Below are positions 37,687 through 47,524 of a stretch of DNA of 53,931 nucleotides, one piece after another (positions within the stretch are counted from its first letter, which is position 1; the number at the start of each line of letters is the position of its first letter). The stretch covers positions 1-53,931 of the forward strand of contig CADCJK010000001.1 of the NCBI GenBank assembly GCA_902801715.1, given 5' to 3'. Below the pieces are notes generated by a model. The model was not told the DNA's origin, did no database searches, and was given only the letters and a program-made list of their open reading frames with translations. This stretch comes from an uncultured Ruminococcus sp. (GTDB lineage: Bacteria > Bacillota > Clostridia > Oscillospirales > Acutalibacteraceae). The translations under genes were made by a program, and so were the position numbers.

Positions 37687-38696
37687 TCCGACAAAATTCT
37701 TTCTGCCGTGTATTTCACGACTTCAAAAACGCTTTCCATATCTTCAATGCTTGCAAGACTGCTTGATGAATGGATATATCTGCATGGCACTGAAACCGCT
37801 ATTGTCCTTACACCGCCCCTTGAACAGTGTATTGCACCTGCATCATTTCCGCCTGCTATCATGGTTTTCGTCTGCGTTTTGGCATTTGCCGACCTTGCAA
37901 TATGATAAAACTCTTTATCATACATGGTTGACCTGTCCATGAATGAAACGACTGCACCGCCGCCCACTAAACAAACTCTTTTTTCATCTTCCGCAAAGGG
38001 CACATCTGCCGCTGTCGTTGCCTCAATGACAATCGCACAATCGGGATTGATTGTATAAGCCGCCGCTTTTGCACCTCTTAATCCGATTTCCTCCTGCACA
38101 ACAAAACTGAAATACATATCATACGGCAATTCACTCTTTATCATTTCTATCAGAACTAAACAGCCGAATCTGTCATCAATCGCTTTGGAAATAACCCTGC
38201 CGTTTTTATTTTCATACGGACTGTCAAACGTAACCATATCGCCCAATGATACATATTTTTCCGCATCTTCCTTATCCTTTGCACCGATATCAATGCACAA
38301 AGTGTCCTTTGAGGGAACTTTTTTTCTTTCGTCTGCACTCAGTAAATGTGTCGGTTTGGCATTGATAACACCCGATATTTTATTTTTGCCAACTTTCACC
38401 TGTTTGGCAAATACAGCCGTATCATTGATACCGCCAATTTCTGTAAATTTCAGTGTACCGTCTGATTTGATATCCGTGACGATAAAGCCCACTTCATCCA
38501 TGTGTGCCGAAAGCAACAATTTTTTCTTTGGAGTCTTCATGCCTTTCTTGAATACAAGCACATTTCCCATATTGTCAACGGTGATTTTATCGGCATAATC
38601 TTTTATTTCAGAAATGACAATTTCCCTGACTTCCTCTTCAAATCCCGATGGTGAATCGGCTTTGCACAATTTCTCTAAAATCTGATAATCAAGCAT
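37683..38696 (-). CDS. M42-family metallopeptidase (FrvX/glutamyl aminopeptidase-like)
   Basis: Motifs SAHMDEVGFIV and VQEEIGLRGA. ATG 38696 follows RBS GGGAGGTG. Confidence 0.8.
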   Translation of the reverse strand: MLDYQILEKLCKADSPSGFEEEVREIVISEIKDYADKITVDNMGNVLVFKKGMKTPKKKLLLSAHMDEVGFIVTDIKSDGTLKFTEIGGINDTAVFAKQVKVGKNKISGVINAKPTHLLSADERKKVPSKDTLCIDIGAKDKEDAEKYVSLGDMVTFDSPYENKNGRVISKAIDDRFGCLVLIEMIKSELPYDMYFSFVVQEEIGLRGAKAAAYTINPDCAIVIEATTAADVPFAEDEKRVCLVGGGAVVSFMDRSTMYDKEFYHIARSANAKTQTKTMIAGGNDAGAIHCSRGGVRTIAVSVPCRYIHSSSSLASIEDMESVFEVVKYTAERILSE

Positions 38697-39702
38697 TTTC
38701 GGCACCTCCCTCTTGTACATAAACCGCAAGCAATTCCGCTATTTTTTCCATATCGTCAAGCGAAACAACTTCAACTTGTGTATGCATATTCTTTTCGGGA
38801 ATGGATATACAGCCTGTCATAATTCCGCCCCTTGATGATGAAATCTTATCTGCATTAGTGCCCGTTGAACCGCCGCACACTTCATAGTCACATTCCATGT
38901 CAAGACGCTTTGCAATATCCTTGATTTTATCCGTCACTTTCTTTGACAAAACAGGCGATATGCTGATGATTGCCCCACAGCCGATTTTACCGCTTTTTTC
39001 ATCGGGTACACCGTCCTGTTTTGCGAATCCGACATCTATTACAACGGCTTCATCAGGTTCAAGTGAATATGCCGAAATGCCTGCACCCAATTCACTTGTT
39101 TCCTCCTGAACAGAAAATACAAGTGACAATCTGCATGGAATTTCTTTATCTTTCAGCAGTTCCGCACATTTCACCAATACCGCACAGCCCGCACGATTAT
39201 CCAATGCCGACACAGCTACCTGATTATTTAACAATTCCCTGAATTCACTGCATACAATAATTTTATCTCCCAAAGAAACAAGATTTTTCACTTCATCAGC
39301 AGAAAGCCCTGTATCTATCCAGATTTTGTCTTTTGAAAGTTCATCGTCATTTTTAGACAAATGCGGCGGCATTGTGCATATTACGCCTAAAATATTTTCT
39401 TTTCCAAGCACTTTCACGGCACTGCTCTGAAGTGTACGCAAATCAATTCCACCGACAGGCTCTGCTTTGATAAATCCGTTTTCATTGATATATGTCACAA
39501 CAAGACCGATTCTGTCCATGTGAGCGTCAAGCATGATATGTTTCTCTGCATTTTTATCGCCCACTGTAACAAGGATATCTCCCATACCGTCAGCAGACAC
39601 TTCCGCAAAATCTCCGACAAGTTCCTTTATGACATCAAGCATTTCATTTTCATTTCCTGAAACACCTTTGTCAATGCACAGTTTTTTCAAAATTTCCTTC
39701 AT
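38689..39702 (-). CDS. M42-family metallopeptidase, paralog
   Basis: Motifs DAHMDRIGLVV and VQEETSELGA. 8-nt overlap with the next M42 gene. Confidence 0.8.
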   Translation of the reverse strand: MKEILKKLCIDKGVSGNENEMLDVIKELVGDFAEVSADGMGDILVTVGDKNAEKHIMLDAHMDRIGLVVTYINENGFIKAEPVGGIDLRTLQSSAVKVLGKENILGVICTMPPHLSKNDDELSKDKIWIDTGLSADEVKNLVSLGDKIIVCSEFRELLNNQVAVSALDNRAGCAVLVKCAELLKDKEIPCRLSLVFSVQEETSELGAGISAYSLEPDEAVVIDVGFAKQDGVPDEKSGKIGCGAIISISPVLSKKVTDKIKDIAKRLDMECDYEVCGGSTGTNADKISSSRGGIMTGCISIPEKNMHTQVEVVSLDDMEKIAELLAVYVQEGGAENA

Positions 39703-39708
39703 TCATTA

Positions 39709-40221
39709 TCATTCCTTAACCATTTTCTTTTCAAAACGGAACATTTCAAACAGTTCGTCATCTTCATTAACATCGCCGTGATATTTATTGAAAAACTCCA
39801 CTATTTTAAAACCGCACCGGTTGACATAAAAGTGAATATTTCTCTTTTCAAAATACGGTGTAACGGTTTCCCAGACTTTCACATCAGGATAGAGTTTTTC
39901 TATTTCACACCATGCTTGATAGCCAATGCCCTTGCTATGACATTCAGGCTTGACAAAAAGCAATTCCAAATCACCCTTTTCACCGTCAACAGAAACGACT
40001 GCACCGCCAACTTTCTGACCATCAAGCATGATTCTGTAAGCCGTTCCGCTGTCAATGGACTTTTCGATAGTGTCCCTCGAAATCACGTTATTATCTTCTT
40101 CAAAATGTTCATCTCTTGTACCAAATTCCTCCAAAGCACCGTAATTGAAAGCCGTCTGATTATCCGTTATAAACTGCTCTCTGTCATTATCTTCAAGGGG
40201 AATTAATTTTATTTTTGACAT
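39709..40221 (-). CDS. GNAT-family N-acetyltransferase (170 aa)
   Basis: Typical GNAT core (LELLFVKPECHSKGIGYQAWCEIE). RBS GAGGGA. Confidence 0.7.
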   Translation of the reverse strand: MSKIKLIPLEDNDREQFITDNQTAFNYGALEEFGTRDEHFEEDNNVISRDTIEKSIDSGTAYRIMLDGQKVGGAVVSVDGEKGDLELLFVKPECHSKGIGYQAWCEIEKLYPDVKVWETVTPYFEKRNIHFYVNRCGFKIVEFFNKYHGDVNEDDELFEMFRFEKKMVKE

Positions 40222-40230
40222 TTCAATCCC

Positions 40231-41625
40231 TCACTTTAATTCATTAACGATTTTCTTGAAGTGCAAGCCCTTTTCCGCAAAATTCTTGTACATATCAAAG
40301 CTCGCACTTGCAGGCGACATAGATACAATATCTCCCGATACGGCATTTTCACGGGCTTTCTGTACGGCTTCTTCCATGCTGCTGACACGAATTATAATGG
40401 GATTTCCCTCTTTATAGGTGGGGGCATTTTTCGTTGCCGTTTCAATTTTATCAGCCGTTGCACCGAACAATATCAATACTTTTACTTTTTCGGGTACGAC
40501 TGCACCCATTTCATCATACGGAATATGCTTATCATATCCGCCCGATATCAATATAATTTTCCTGTCATAAAGTGACAAAGTTCCTTTCACGGTTCTTGTC
40601 GGACTTGTTCCGATAGCGTCATTGTAATATTTCACTCCGTCAAGCTCTCTGACAAGTTCCGCTCTATGCTCTACACCATTGAAATTAACGGCTACATTTT
40701 TAATCGTTTCAGCCGTAGCCATACCCCATACGGCACATATTGCCGCAAGGTAATTTTCTATATTATGCAAACCGGGAATTTTTATATCAGCCGCTTTCAT
40801 GATAACGGTTTCTTTGCCGTATTCGTTCATGATGATATCACCGTTTTCAGACATATAGGCACCGTTATTCACTTTATTTCTGCGTGAAAATTTGAACGTC
40901 TGACCTCTTGTATATTCTTCAAAAGAATTTGAAATGTCATTGTCAAGATTCAATACAGCCTTTCCGAAACCGTTCTGATGTAAAACAATATTTTTCTTTG
41001 CGTCAATGTATTCCTGCATATCTTTGTGAATATCAAGGTGATTCGGGGCAAGATTCGTCACAACAGCAATATCGGGACTTTTTCTCATGGAGATAAGCTG
41101 AAAACTCGACAACTCGACTACTGCCACATCATCGGGTGAAATCGTTTCGATGTCGGGCAAAAGCGGTCTGCCGATATTGCCGCCCAAATGTACGGTATAA
41201 CCCTGTTTTTTAAGAATTTCGGAAATAATGGTAGTTGTAGTGGTTTTGCCGTCACTGCCCGTTACGGCTATGATTTTACAAGGACATAAATCAAAGAATA
41301 CTTCCATTTCACTTGTAATGACAGTACCGTTATTTTTGGCATTCACAAGTTCAGGCATATAGAATTTCATGCCGGGTGTACGGAAAATAATGTCTGCATT
41401 GAGGTCTGTCAGATAGGTTTCGCCCAATCTCAGTTCGGCACCGCACTGTTCGGCTTTGTCGGCATCTTCACCGAGTTTGTCACGCTCACGCTTATCACAG
41501 GCTAAAATATTGGCACCGTATTTTTTAAAAAGCTGTATCAGCGGCAAATTACTTCTGCCGATACCGCACAATGCGATTGTCCTGCCTTTCAGGCTCTCCA
41601 AAAATTGTTTTATATTGTTTTCCAT
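40231..41625 (-). CDS. murD: UDP-N-acetylmuramoyl-L-alanine--D-glutamate ligase
   Basis: Mur ligase P-loop GSDGKTTTTT, the MurD-type N-terminal Rossmann-like domain, and C-terminal SPASASFD. Confidence 0.9.
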   Translation of the reverse strand: MENNIKQFLESLKGRTIALCGIGRSNLPLIQLFKKYGANILACDKRERDKLGEDADKAEQCGAELRLGETYLTDLNADIIFRTPGMKFYMPELVNAKNNGTVITSEMEVFFDLCPCKIIAVTGSDGKTTTTTIISEILKKQGYTVHLGGNIGRPLLPDIETISPDDVAVVELSSFQLISMRKSPDIAVVTNLAPNHLDIHKDMQEYIDAKKNIVLHQNGFGKAVLNLDNDISNSFEEYTRGQTFKFSRRNKVNNGAYMSENGDIIMNEYGKETVIMKAADIKIPGLHNIENYLAAICAVWGMATAETIKNVAVNFNGVEHRAELVRELDGVKYYNDAIGTSPTRTVKGTLSLYDRKIILISGGYDKHIPYDEMGAVVPEKVKVLILFGATADKIETATKNAPTYKEGNPIIIRVSSMEEAVQKARENAVSGDIVSMSPASASFDMYKNFAEKGLHFKKIVNELK

Positions 41626-41695
41626 AAAGAAAATCCTCCCTATTCATAGCAATAATATTATTATATTCCAAGTTCCTCATAAATTCAATAGAAAA

Positions 41696-41726
41696 ACAGA
41701 CAACAGCATAAAAAGCCGTTGTCTGT
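41696..41726 (-). terminator. Terminator-like hairpin with no minus-strand gene upstream
   Basis: 9-bp stem ACAGACAAC / GTTGTCTGT with a 13-nt loop, followed on the minus strand by TTTTCTATT. Confidence 0.35.
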
Positions 41727-41785
41727 GATTAAAATTATAAAAATCCGTTCAGAATAGTATCATAATATATTTTGGGGGAAAGTAA

Positions 41786-42043
41786 ATGATAAAAGGTATC
41801 AATCACACCATGATAGAACTCAATGACACCGAAAATGAATATTATGAAAGGGCTATTTTAATCGTAAAGCCCGAATATGCCTCTGTACAGAGAGCCATTC
41901 TGGAAGATGAAGCTAAAAAAATGCTGAAAGAGCTTGATGTGCCGTCCGTCATGAAGTCGAAGAAAAGCAAATTCAAAACTTTTCTGAAATACGCCTGTGC
42001 GGCTGTGATAGGGGCTGTCATTACTGCACTTTTTTTCCTGTAA
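41786..42043 (+). CDS. Hypothetical 85-aa protein with a C-terminal TM helix
   Basis: RBS GGGGGAA 5 nt before the ATG. C-terminal segment YACAAVIGAVITALFFL. A terminator follows. Confidence 0.55.
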   Translation: MIKGINHTMIELNDTENEYYERAILIVKPEYASVQRAILEDEAKKMLKELDVPSVMKSKKSKFKTFLKYACAAVIGAVITALFFL

Positions 42044-42050
42044 TAAAAAC

Positions 42051-42089
42051 ACCGTGCCATGTCATATATTTGACTGCACGGTATTTTTT
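42051..42089 (+). terminator. Rho-independent terminator
   Basis: Stem ACCGTGC / GCACGGT followed by ATTTTTT. Confidence 0.5.
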
Positions 42090-42102
42090 ACGGGGTGATA
42101 TA

Positions 42103-42582
42103 ATGCTGAAAAAATATTTCTGGTTGGCAAGTGCCGTAAGTGTTTTTATATGCGGATATGTCGTACATATCGGCTATGAAGTTTCAAACCATGCGGCATG
42201 GAGTTTATTGGTATCAAGTATCAATTCATCTGCATGGGAACTGACAAAGCCCTTTGCACTTGTCTATATCATGTTCGTATTCATAGAGTTATCTTATATG
42301 CGACCGTCACTGGTACATTTTGTATGTGCCAAAATACTTTTCCTGCATGGCTTTGCACTGATGTCTGTAATACTTTTAGGGATTTCAAGAAATTTCCTGA
42401 TATATCCGACAATATTCCTTTCACTTCTGACAGCGGAATTTCTTTCCTACAAACTCTATCATTCAAAATGCCGCATTGAATTGTTTTTCGTTCCCATATT
42501 CATATCATTTGCGGTATTCTTTTTCACGCTTTTATTTGCAAGTGTCTATCCGCCGCCGTTTTTTCCTTTCAGTCAACCGTGA
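42103..42582 (+). CDS. Polytopic membrane protein of unknown function (possibly DUF6512)
   Basis: 159 aa from ATG 42103 with about 5 TM helices. The DUF assignment is from memory of the NSSAWE-type motif. Confidence 0.45.
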   Translation: MLKKYFWLASAVSVFICGYVVHIGYEVSNHAAWSLLVSSINSSAWELTKPFALVYIMFVFIELSYMRPSLVHFVCAKILFLHGFALMSVILLGISRNFLIYPTIFLSLLTAEFLSYKLYHSKCRIELFFVPIFISFAVFFFTLLFASVYPPPFFPFSQP

Positions 42583-43267
42583 ATTTCTCGATTTCCTGAA
42601 ACATCATCTCCACATTGTAAAGTTTTTTATAAGTGTGATAATGTCCGCAGTACCATTTTTTATAGTCGAGTTTATGTTCAATTTCATTCAGCCATTCTTC
42701 CGTTGAGCTGTCAACATTTCTCTGGTCTATGCCCGACAAAAATACCTCTATCGGCTGATAATCCAGCGGACAAGTATGTGACAAAACCACATCTATTTTA
42801 TAAATTCTTTTTGCAAGCTGACTTTCGACATATTCTTTGATTTCCTTTGAAGGCTGTTCATTGGCAAACCATTTCCAGCCATGAGCCAATCTGAAATTTT
42901 TGTCAACGCTGTATGCACCGCCTATTACGATACATTCATAGCCGTCAAAGTCATATATTTCACCGTCTTTGGCAAACAGTATATCGGGAAATTCTTCTTC
43001 ATACCAGACTAAACCACCGTGAAACTCTTTCATTTTATAGCTTGGTATATCAAAAGGTCTTTTTTCGTGATTGCCATGTATGCAGAAAAATGTCATTCCG
43101 AATTTTTCAACATCTCTCTTTTTCTTTTTATCACGTAAATCTTCCCAATAATTCAGTCCGACATCTCCCAGAATTATCATGATGTCATCTCTTGAAACCT
43201 TGTTTTCAAAACAGAATTTTTCAAATCTTTCAAATTCCCCGTGAGTATCGCCTGTTATATATATCAT
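42569..43267 (-). CDS. Calcineurin-like metallophosphoesterase
   Basis: Motifs GDTHGE, GD(V)G and GNHE. RBS AAAGGAGA. Confidence 0.8.
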   Translation of the reverse strand: MIYITGDTHGEFERFEKFCFENKVSRDDIMIILGDVGLNYWEDLRDKKKKRDVEKFGMTFFCIHGNHEKRPFDIPSYKMKEFHGGLVWYEEEFPDILFAKDGEIYDFDGYECIVIGGAYSVDKNFRLAHGWKWFANEQPSKEIKEYVESQLAKRIYKIDVVLSHTCPLDYQPIEVFLSGIDQRNVDSSTEEWLNEIEHKLDYKKWYCGHYHTYKKLYNVEMMFQEIEKFTVD

Positions 43268-43289
43268 AAAAAAAATCTCCTTTCAAACA

Positions 43290-43333
43290 AAAATAAAAAC
43301 AGGACAGCCTATTTTAAAAAACAGACTGCCCTG
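43290..43333 (-). terminator. serA terminator
   Basis: On the minus-strand RNA, CAGGGCAG pairs with CUGUCCUG (one G-U pair), followed by UUUUUAUUUUUG. Confidence 0.55.
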
Positions 43334-43355
43334 CATGATAATTATGCATTATGCA

Positions 43356-44498
43356 TTATTTGATGACTCTTACACGGATAACACCGTCAACTGCTTTTAC
43401 AGCTTCAGCATCGGTATCTTCTGCTACGTCAAAGATGGAATAGAAATAATCTTTCTTTGAACCGCTTGCCATAGCTACTATTTTAGCCGTTTCGGAGAGT
43501 TTTGCACAAACAGTGTCAACTGCACACTTGTGAATGACACAAACTCTTGCTGCACCTGATTTTGCCATGGATACAGCAGGCATTGTTACAGAATTCTTGA
43601 TATTGCCGTTTTCAAGGAAATCCTTGATTTCATCTGCTGCCATTCTTGCACAGTTATCCTCTGATTCGGGAGTGGATGCACCCAAATGAGGAATTGCAAT
43701 AACACCGTCTGCACCGAGTATATCATCTGTTGCAAAGTCTGTTACATAAGCGGATACTTTCTTGTCTGCAAGAGCTGCAAGTACATCTGCCGATACAGCG
43801 AGGTCTGCTCTTGAGAAGTTCAGTATACGAACACCGTCTTTCATCTTTGCGATGTTAGCGGCATTGATAACGCCCTTTGTATCGGGTGTAAGCGGTACAT
43901 GAACTGTGATATAATCACTTGCGGCAAATACTTCATCAAGAGTATTCACATACTTAACGCAAGGTGAAATTTTGAGAGCGTTGCCAACGGAAAGGAACGG
44001 ATCATAACCGATAACGTCCATGCCGAGTGCAGCAGCTGCATTGGCAACGAGTATACCGATTGCACCAAGACCTACTACACCGAGAGTTTTGCCCATGATT
44101 TCGGGACCTACAAACTGACTCTTGCCCTTTTCAACCATCTTGCCAACAGCGTCACCGTTGCCTTTGAGGGTTTTAGCCCATGCGATACCATCAACAACTT
44201 TTCTGGAGCTGAGGAGAAGTCCTGTCAGAACAAGCTCTTTCACGGCATTGGCATTGGCACCGGGAGTATTGAATACAACAATACCCTTTTCACTGCACTT
44301 GTCAAGCGGAATATTATTGACACCTGCACCTGCTCTTGCGATGGCAAGAAGGCTTTCAGGCAATTCCATATCATGCATAGCGGCTGAACGTACAAGCACT
44401 GCATCAGGATTCTGCACGTCATCAGCTATATTGTAATTGTCACCCAATCTGGAAAGACCGATTTTGGAAATCTTATTGAGTGTCTGAACATTAAACAT
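43356..44498 (-). CDS. serA: D-3-phosphoglycerate dehydrogenase
   Basis: 2-hydroxyacid dehydrogenase with NAD motif GVVGLGAIGILVA, adjacent to serC. ATG 44498 follows RBS AAAGGGTGG. Confidence 0.85.
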   Translation of the reverse strand: MFNVQTLNKISKIGLSRLGDNYNIADDVQNPDAVLVRSAAMHDMELPESLLAIARAGAGVNNIPLDKCSEKGIVVFNTPGANANAVKELVLTGLLLSSRKVVDGIAWAKTLKGNGDAVGKMVEKGKSQFVGPEIMGKTLGVVGLGAIGILVANAAAALGMDVIGYDPFLSVGNALKISPCVKYVNTLDEVFAASDYITVHVPLTPDTKGVINAANIAKMKDGVRILNFSRADLAVSADVLAALADKKVSAYVTDFATDDILGADGVIAIPHLGASTPESEDNCARMAADEIKDFLENGNIKNSVTMPAVSMAKSGAARVCVIHKCAVDTVCAKLSETAKIVAMASGSKKDYFYSIFDVAEDTDAEAVKAVDGVIRVRVIK

Positions 44499-44585
44499 TG
44501 TAACCACCCTTTTTATTAGTTTGGAGAGTTAAGAGTGGAGAGTGAAGCATTTTCAGCTTTCCATTCTCCAAAACTCATTTATAAA

Positions 44586-45671
44586 TTATGAATTAGCTTT
44601 CTCGAATTCGCCCATGAATGCAACGAGCTTTTCAACGCCCTCGATAGGCATAGCATTGTAGATGGAAGCTCTCATGCCGCCAACGGTACGGTGACCTTTG
44701 AGGTTAACGAAGCCGTTTTCTGTAGCAGCCTTAACGAATTTAGCGTCAAGTTCTTCATTGCCTGTAATGAACGGTACGTTCATGAGTGAACGGTCCTCAG
44801 GAACAACTGTGCCCTTGAACATATTGGAATTGTCAAGGAAGTTATAGAGAATAGCAGCCTTTGTTTCATTGATTTTCTTCATGTTCTCAAGACCGCCGAT
44901 ATCATTCTTGAGCCATTCAAGAACAAGTTTCGCAATATAGATTGTCCAGCAGGGAGGTGTATTGAACATAGAACCGTTGTCTGCATGAGTCTTGAAGTTG
45001 AGCATTGTCGGGCATATATCCATAGCGTTGCCAATCAAATCTTCACGGATAATAGCGATTACAAGACCTGCGGGAGCCATGTTCTTCTGTGCACCTGCAT
45101 AAATTACACCAAACTTTGATACATCAAGAGGTGTTGACAGGAAGCAGGAAGAAACGTCTGCTACGAGCGGTACATCGCCTGTCTGGGGAAGTTCATGATA
45201 TACTGTACCGTAAATGGTATTGTTCATGCAGATATAGAAATAGTCTGCATCTTTTGTGAATGTATCGGGATCGAGTTTCGGAATGTAGGAGAATGTCTTG
45301 TCCTTTGAAGAAGCTACTACATTAGCCTGAATGTATCTTGCAGCCTCTTTCTGAGCCTTTGTAGCCCACTGACCTGTGAGAACATAGTCAGCCTTGCCGC
45401 TCTTTGTACCGAGGTTCATGGGGATAGCTGTGAACTGTGTGGAAGCACCGCCCTGCAGGAAAAGTACCTTGTAGTTATCGGGAATGTTCATTACTTCACG
45501 CAGAAGGCTCTCTGCACCGTCAATGATACCCTGAAATACTTTGGAACGGTGTGACATTTCCATAACGGACTGACCGCTGCCCTGATAGTCCAGCATTTCT
45601 GCCTGTGCCTGCTTGAGAACTTTCTCAGGCAACATGGAAGGACCTGCCGAAAAATTGTAAACTCTGCTCAT
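44586..45671 (-). CDS. serC: Phosphoserine aminotransferase
   Basis: N-terminus MSRVYNFSAGPSMLPEKVL and PLP region (GAQKNMAPAG). RBS GGAGG. Confidence 0.9.
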   Translation of the reverse strand: MSRVYNFSAGPSMLPEKVLKQAQAEMLDYQGSGQSVMEMSHRSKVFQGIIDGAESLLREVMNIPDNYKVLFLQGGASTQFTAIPMNLGTKSGKADYVLTGQWATKAQKEAARYIQANVVASSKDKTFSYIPKLDPDTFTKDADYFYICMNNTIYGTVYHELPQTGDVPLVADVSSCFLSTPLDVSKFGVIYAGAQKNMAPAGLVIAIIREDLIGNAMDICPTMLNFKTHADNGSMFNTPPCWTIYIAKLVLEWLKNDIGGLENMKKINETKAAILYNFLDNSNMFKGTVVPEDRSLMNVPFITGNEELDAKFVKAATENGFVNLKGHRTVGGMRASIYNAMPIEGVEKLVAFMGEFEKANS

Positions 45672-45712
45672 TGTGATTACCTCCAAAAAAATTTTTTCTT
45701 TTGCAATTTAAC

Positions 45713-45741
45713 ATTATAGAACAATTTCCCTCATAAGTCAA
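45713..45741 (-). promoter_or_regulatory. Candidate serC-serA promoter (TTGACT-17-TATAAT)
   Basis: Minus strand reads TTGACT (45741..45736), a 17-nt spacer, then TATAAT (45718..45713). Confidence 0.5.
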
Positions 45742-45831
45742 TTATTTATTTTCTTTTCAAGAAATATAAAAACCATTTTTTCAAAAATGTAATCTGCACT
45801 ATAATTATTAAACTATGTTTTAAAAAAATAT

Positions 45832-46974
45832 TTATTTTTTATATTTGAATTGCTCATGTGCCGAAAAACCATTGACATTTTCAAGGTCATAAGTCTTGGG
45901 AATCCTGATAAATGCCAGACAAAATTCACTCATATTTTCGGGTAATTCCTCTTTGTCGTATTCCCAGAGAAAATCGTCCTGCATTTTCATGATTTCACCG
46001 TCAACAAAAATCTGTCCTACTCTCACGCTTTCGGGAGTGTCATAATACTTTATCATGTCAATGATAAGATAATTCTTTTCAAAGAATTTCTCGTCATATA
46101 CGGGATTGTCTTTGATGATATCATTCAAAATTTTTCCTGCGTACTCGTCACAGTAAACTTTATGGTCAATATATTCATCATCGTATTTGACAATATCACG
46201 TTCAAATTCCTCATAATTTTTCAGTACACCAAATGAAACATAGGCATCATGAGTGATGATATCATCATTGAGTTCCTCAAAAATATAATACTTTGCCTCT
46301 TGGTCTTTGGGCTTGATTTCCCTGTACGATACAAAATAATAATCCACACTGTATGATTCAATATTCACTCTTGGTCTTATCATATCACGAACAATCATTC
46401 CACCCGTGCATAAAAGCGTAACGCACATGATGGGGATAAATATTTTCTTTTCAAGCTTCGTATCAACGAACCAACTCCATGTCATCAGCCCTATGGCTAC
46501 TGCAAGCGGTATCAGTGCCCACAAACTTTTATAGGTATTCTCCATTGTATAGGAATTATGTTCTTCATAGGCATCTATACATTCAATGACAATCCAGCTT
46601 GCTGCCGCAAATCCCATGAAAAGTACAATGTGCTTATTGACAATATCCTTTTTTTCATCATCAAGGCTTGTGTTCTTGATAATAAATGATGACAGTGAAA
46701 GACCTGCCACACCTCCCAGCACATGATAGAATCTCATCAGGATACCCAGTGCAGGGATTTCTATAAAGAAATGCACACTCCAGAATACAATGGCAAAACA
46801 TACTGCCATCGGTACAGCCATCAGTATAAGCAAAATTGCTGCTTTTTTCCTGAGAGCCTTAAAATCATGCTTCGGAACAAATACGGTTTTATCATTATCG
46901 GCAAGATATGTCTGAGTCGTTTCTTCATAGCCTGTATACATTTCCGTATTTTCATAAGGCGACCTTTTTTCCAA
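45832..46974 (-). CDS. Hypothetical membrane protein (about 5 TM helices plus an acidic, Tyr-rich C-terminal domain)
   Basis: The open frame extends to 47019, which would overlap the fumarate hydratase beta gene by 32 nt. I prefer the TTG at 46974, 8 nt after AAGGGGG. I recognise no family. Confidence 0.5.
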   Translation of the reverse strand: MEKRSPYENTEMYTGYEETTQTYLADNDKTVFVPKHDFKALRKKAAILLILMAVPMAVCFAIVFWSVHFFIEIPALGILMRFYHVLGGVAGLSLSSFIIKNTSLDDEKKDIVNKHIVLFMGFAAASWIVIECIDAYEEHNSYTMENTYKSLWALIPLAVAIGLMTWSWFVDTKLEKKIFIPIMCVTLLCTGGMIVRDMIRPRVNIESYSVDYYFVSYREIKPKDQEAKYYIFEELNDDIITHDAYVSFGVLKNYEEFERDIVKYDDEYIDHKVYCDEYAGKILNDIIKDNPVYDEKFFEKNYLIIDMIKYYDTPESVRVGQIFVDGEIMKMQDDFLWEYDKEELPENMSEFCLAFIRIPKTYDLENVNGFSAHEQFKYKK

Positions 46975-46987
46975 TTTCAAAGCCCCC

Positions 46988-47512
46988 TTATTTTGCAAGG
47001 ACACTGTTTCCCTGAGCATCTATCGCAACGATGGCAGGAAAATCTTCCACTTCAAATTGGTATATTGCCTCCGTTCCCAAATCCTCGTATGCAAGTACTT
47101 CGACTTTTTTGATACTCTTTGATATCAATGCTGCTGCACCGCCTATTGCCGCAAAATATACAACATGATTCTTTATCATGGAATCAATGACTTCCTGATT
47201 TCTTGCTCCCTTGCCTATCATGCCTTTGAGTCCCCTGTCAAGAAGTGCAGGCGTATATTTATCCATTCTGTAGCTTGAAGTAGGTCCTGCCGGTCCGACT
47301 GCATGACCGGGTTTTGCCGGTGCCGGTCCGACATAATATATCACTTCACCCTTGATATTCACGGGCAGTTCTTCATTTTTTTCAATGAGTTCATACAATC
47401 TCTTATGGGCGGCATCTCTGCCTGTTATCATGACACCTGATATTAAAACACTGTCGCCTGCTTTCAACTCATTGATAGCGTCATCTGTCAACGGCAAATT
47501 TATCTTTTTCAT
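46988..47512 (-). CDS. Class I (Fe-S) fumarate hydratase / tartrate dehydratase, beta subunit
   Basis: Swiveling beta domain ([18 protein letters not shown]). ATG 47512 follows RBS GAGAGGTG; the track start 47521 is a GTG. Confidence 0.8.
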   Translation of the reverse strand: MKKINLPLTDDAINELKAGDSVLISGVMITGRDAAHKRLYELIEKNEELPVNIKGEVIYYVGPAPAKPGHAVGPAGPTSSYRMDKYTPALLDRGLKGMIGKGARNQEVIDSMIKNHVVYFAAIGGAAALISKSIKKVEVLAYEDLGTEAIYQFEVEDFPAIVAIDAQGNSVLAK

Positions 47513-47524
47513 TTTATGCACCTC

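Noticed and set aside
44532-44547. The 16-mer AGAGTGGAGAGTGAAG is shared with 48486..48501, the RBS region of the GH25 gene.
   Set aside because: A single exact 16-mer match in 54 kb of purine-skewed sequence is roughly what chance predicts. The contexts differ: one is the serC-serA spacer on the non-coding strand, the other an RBS. The similarity does not extend further.
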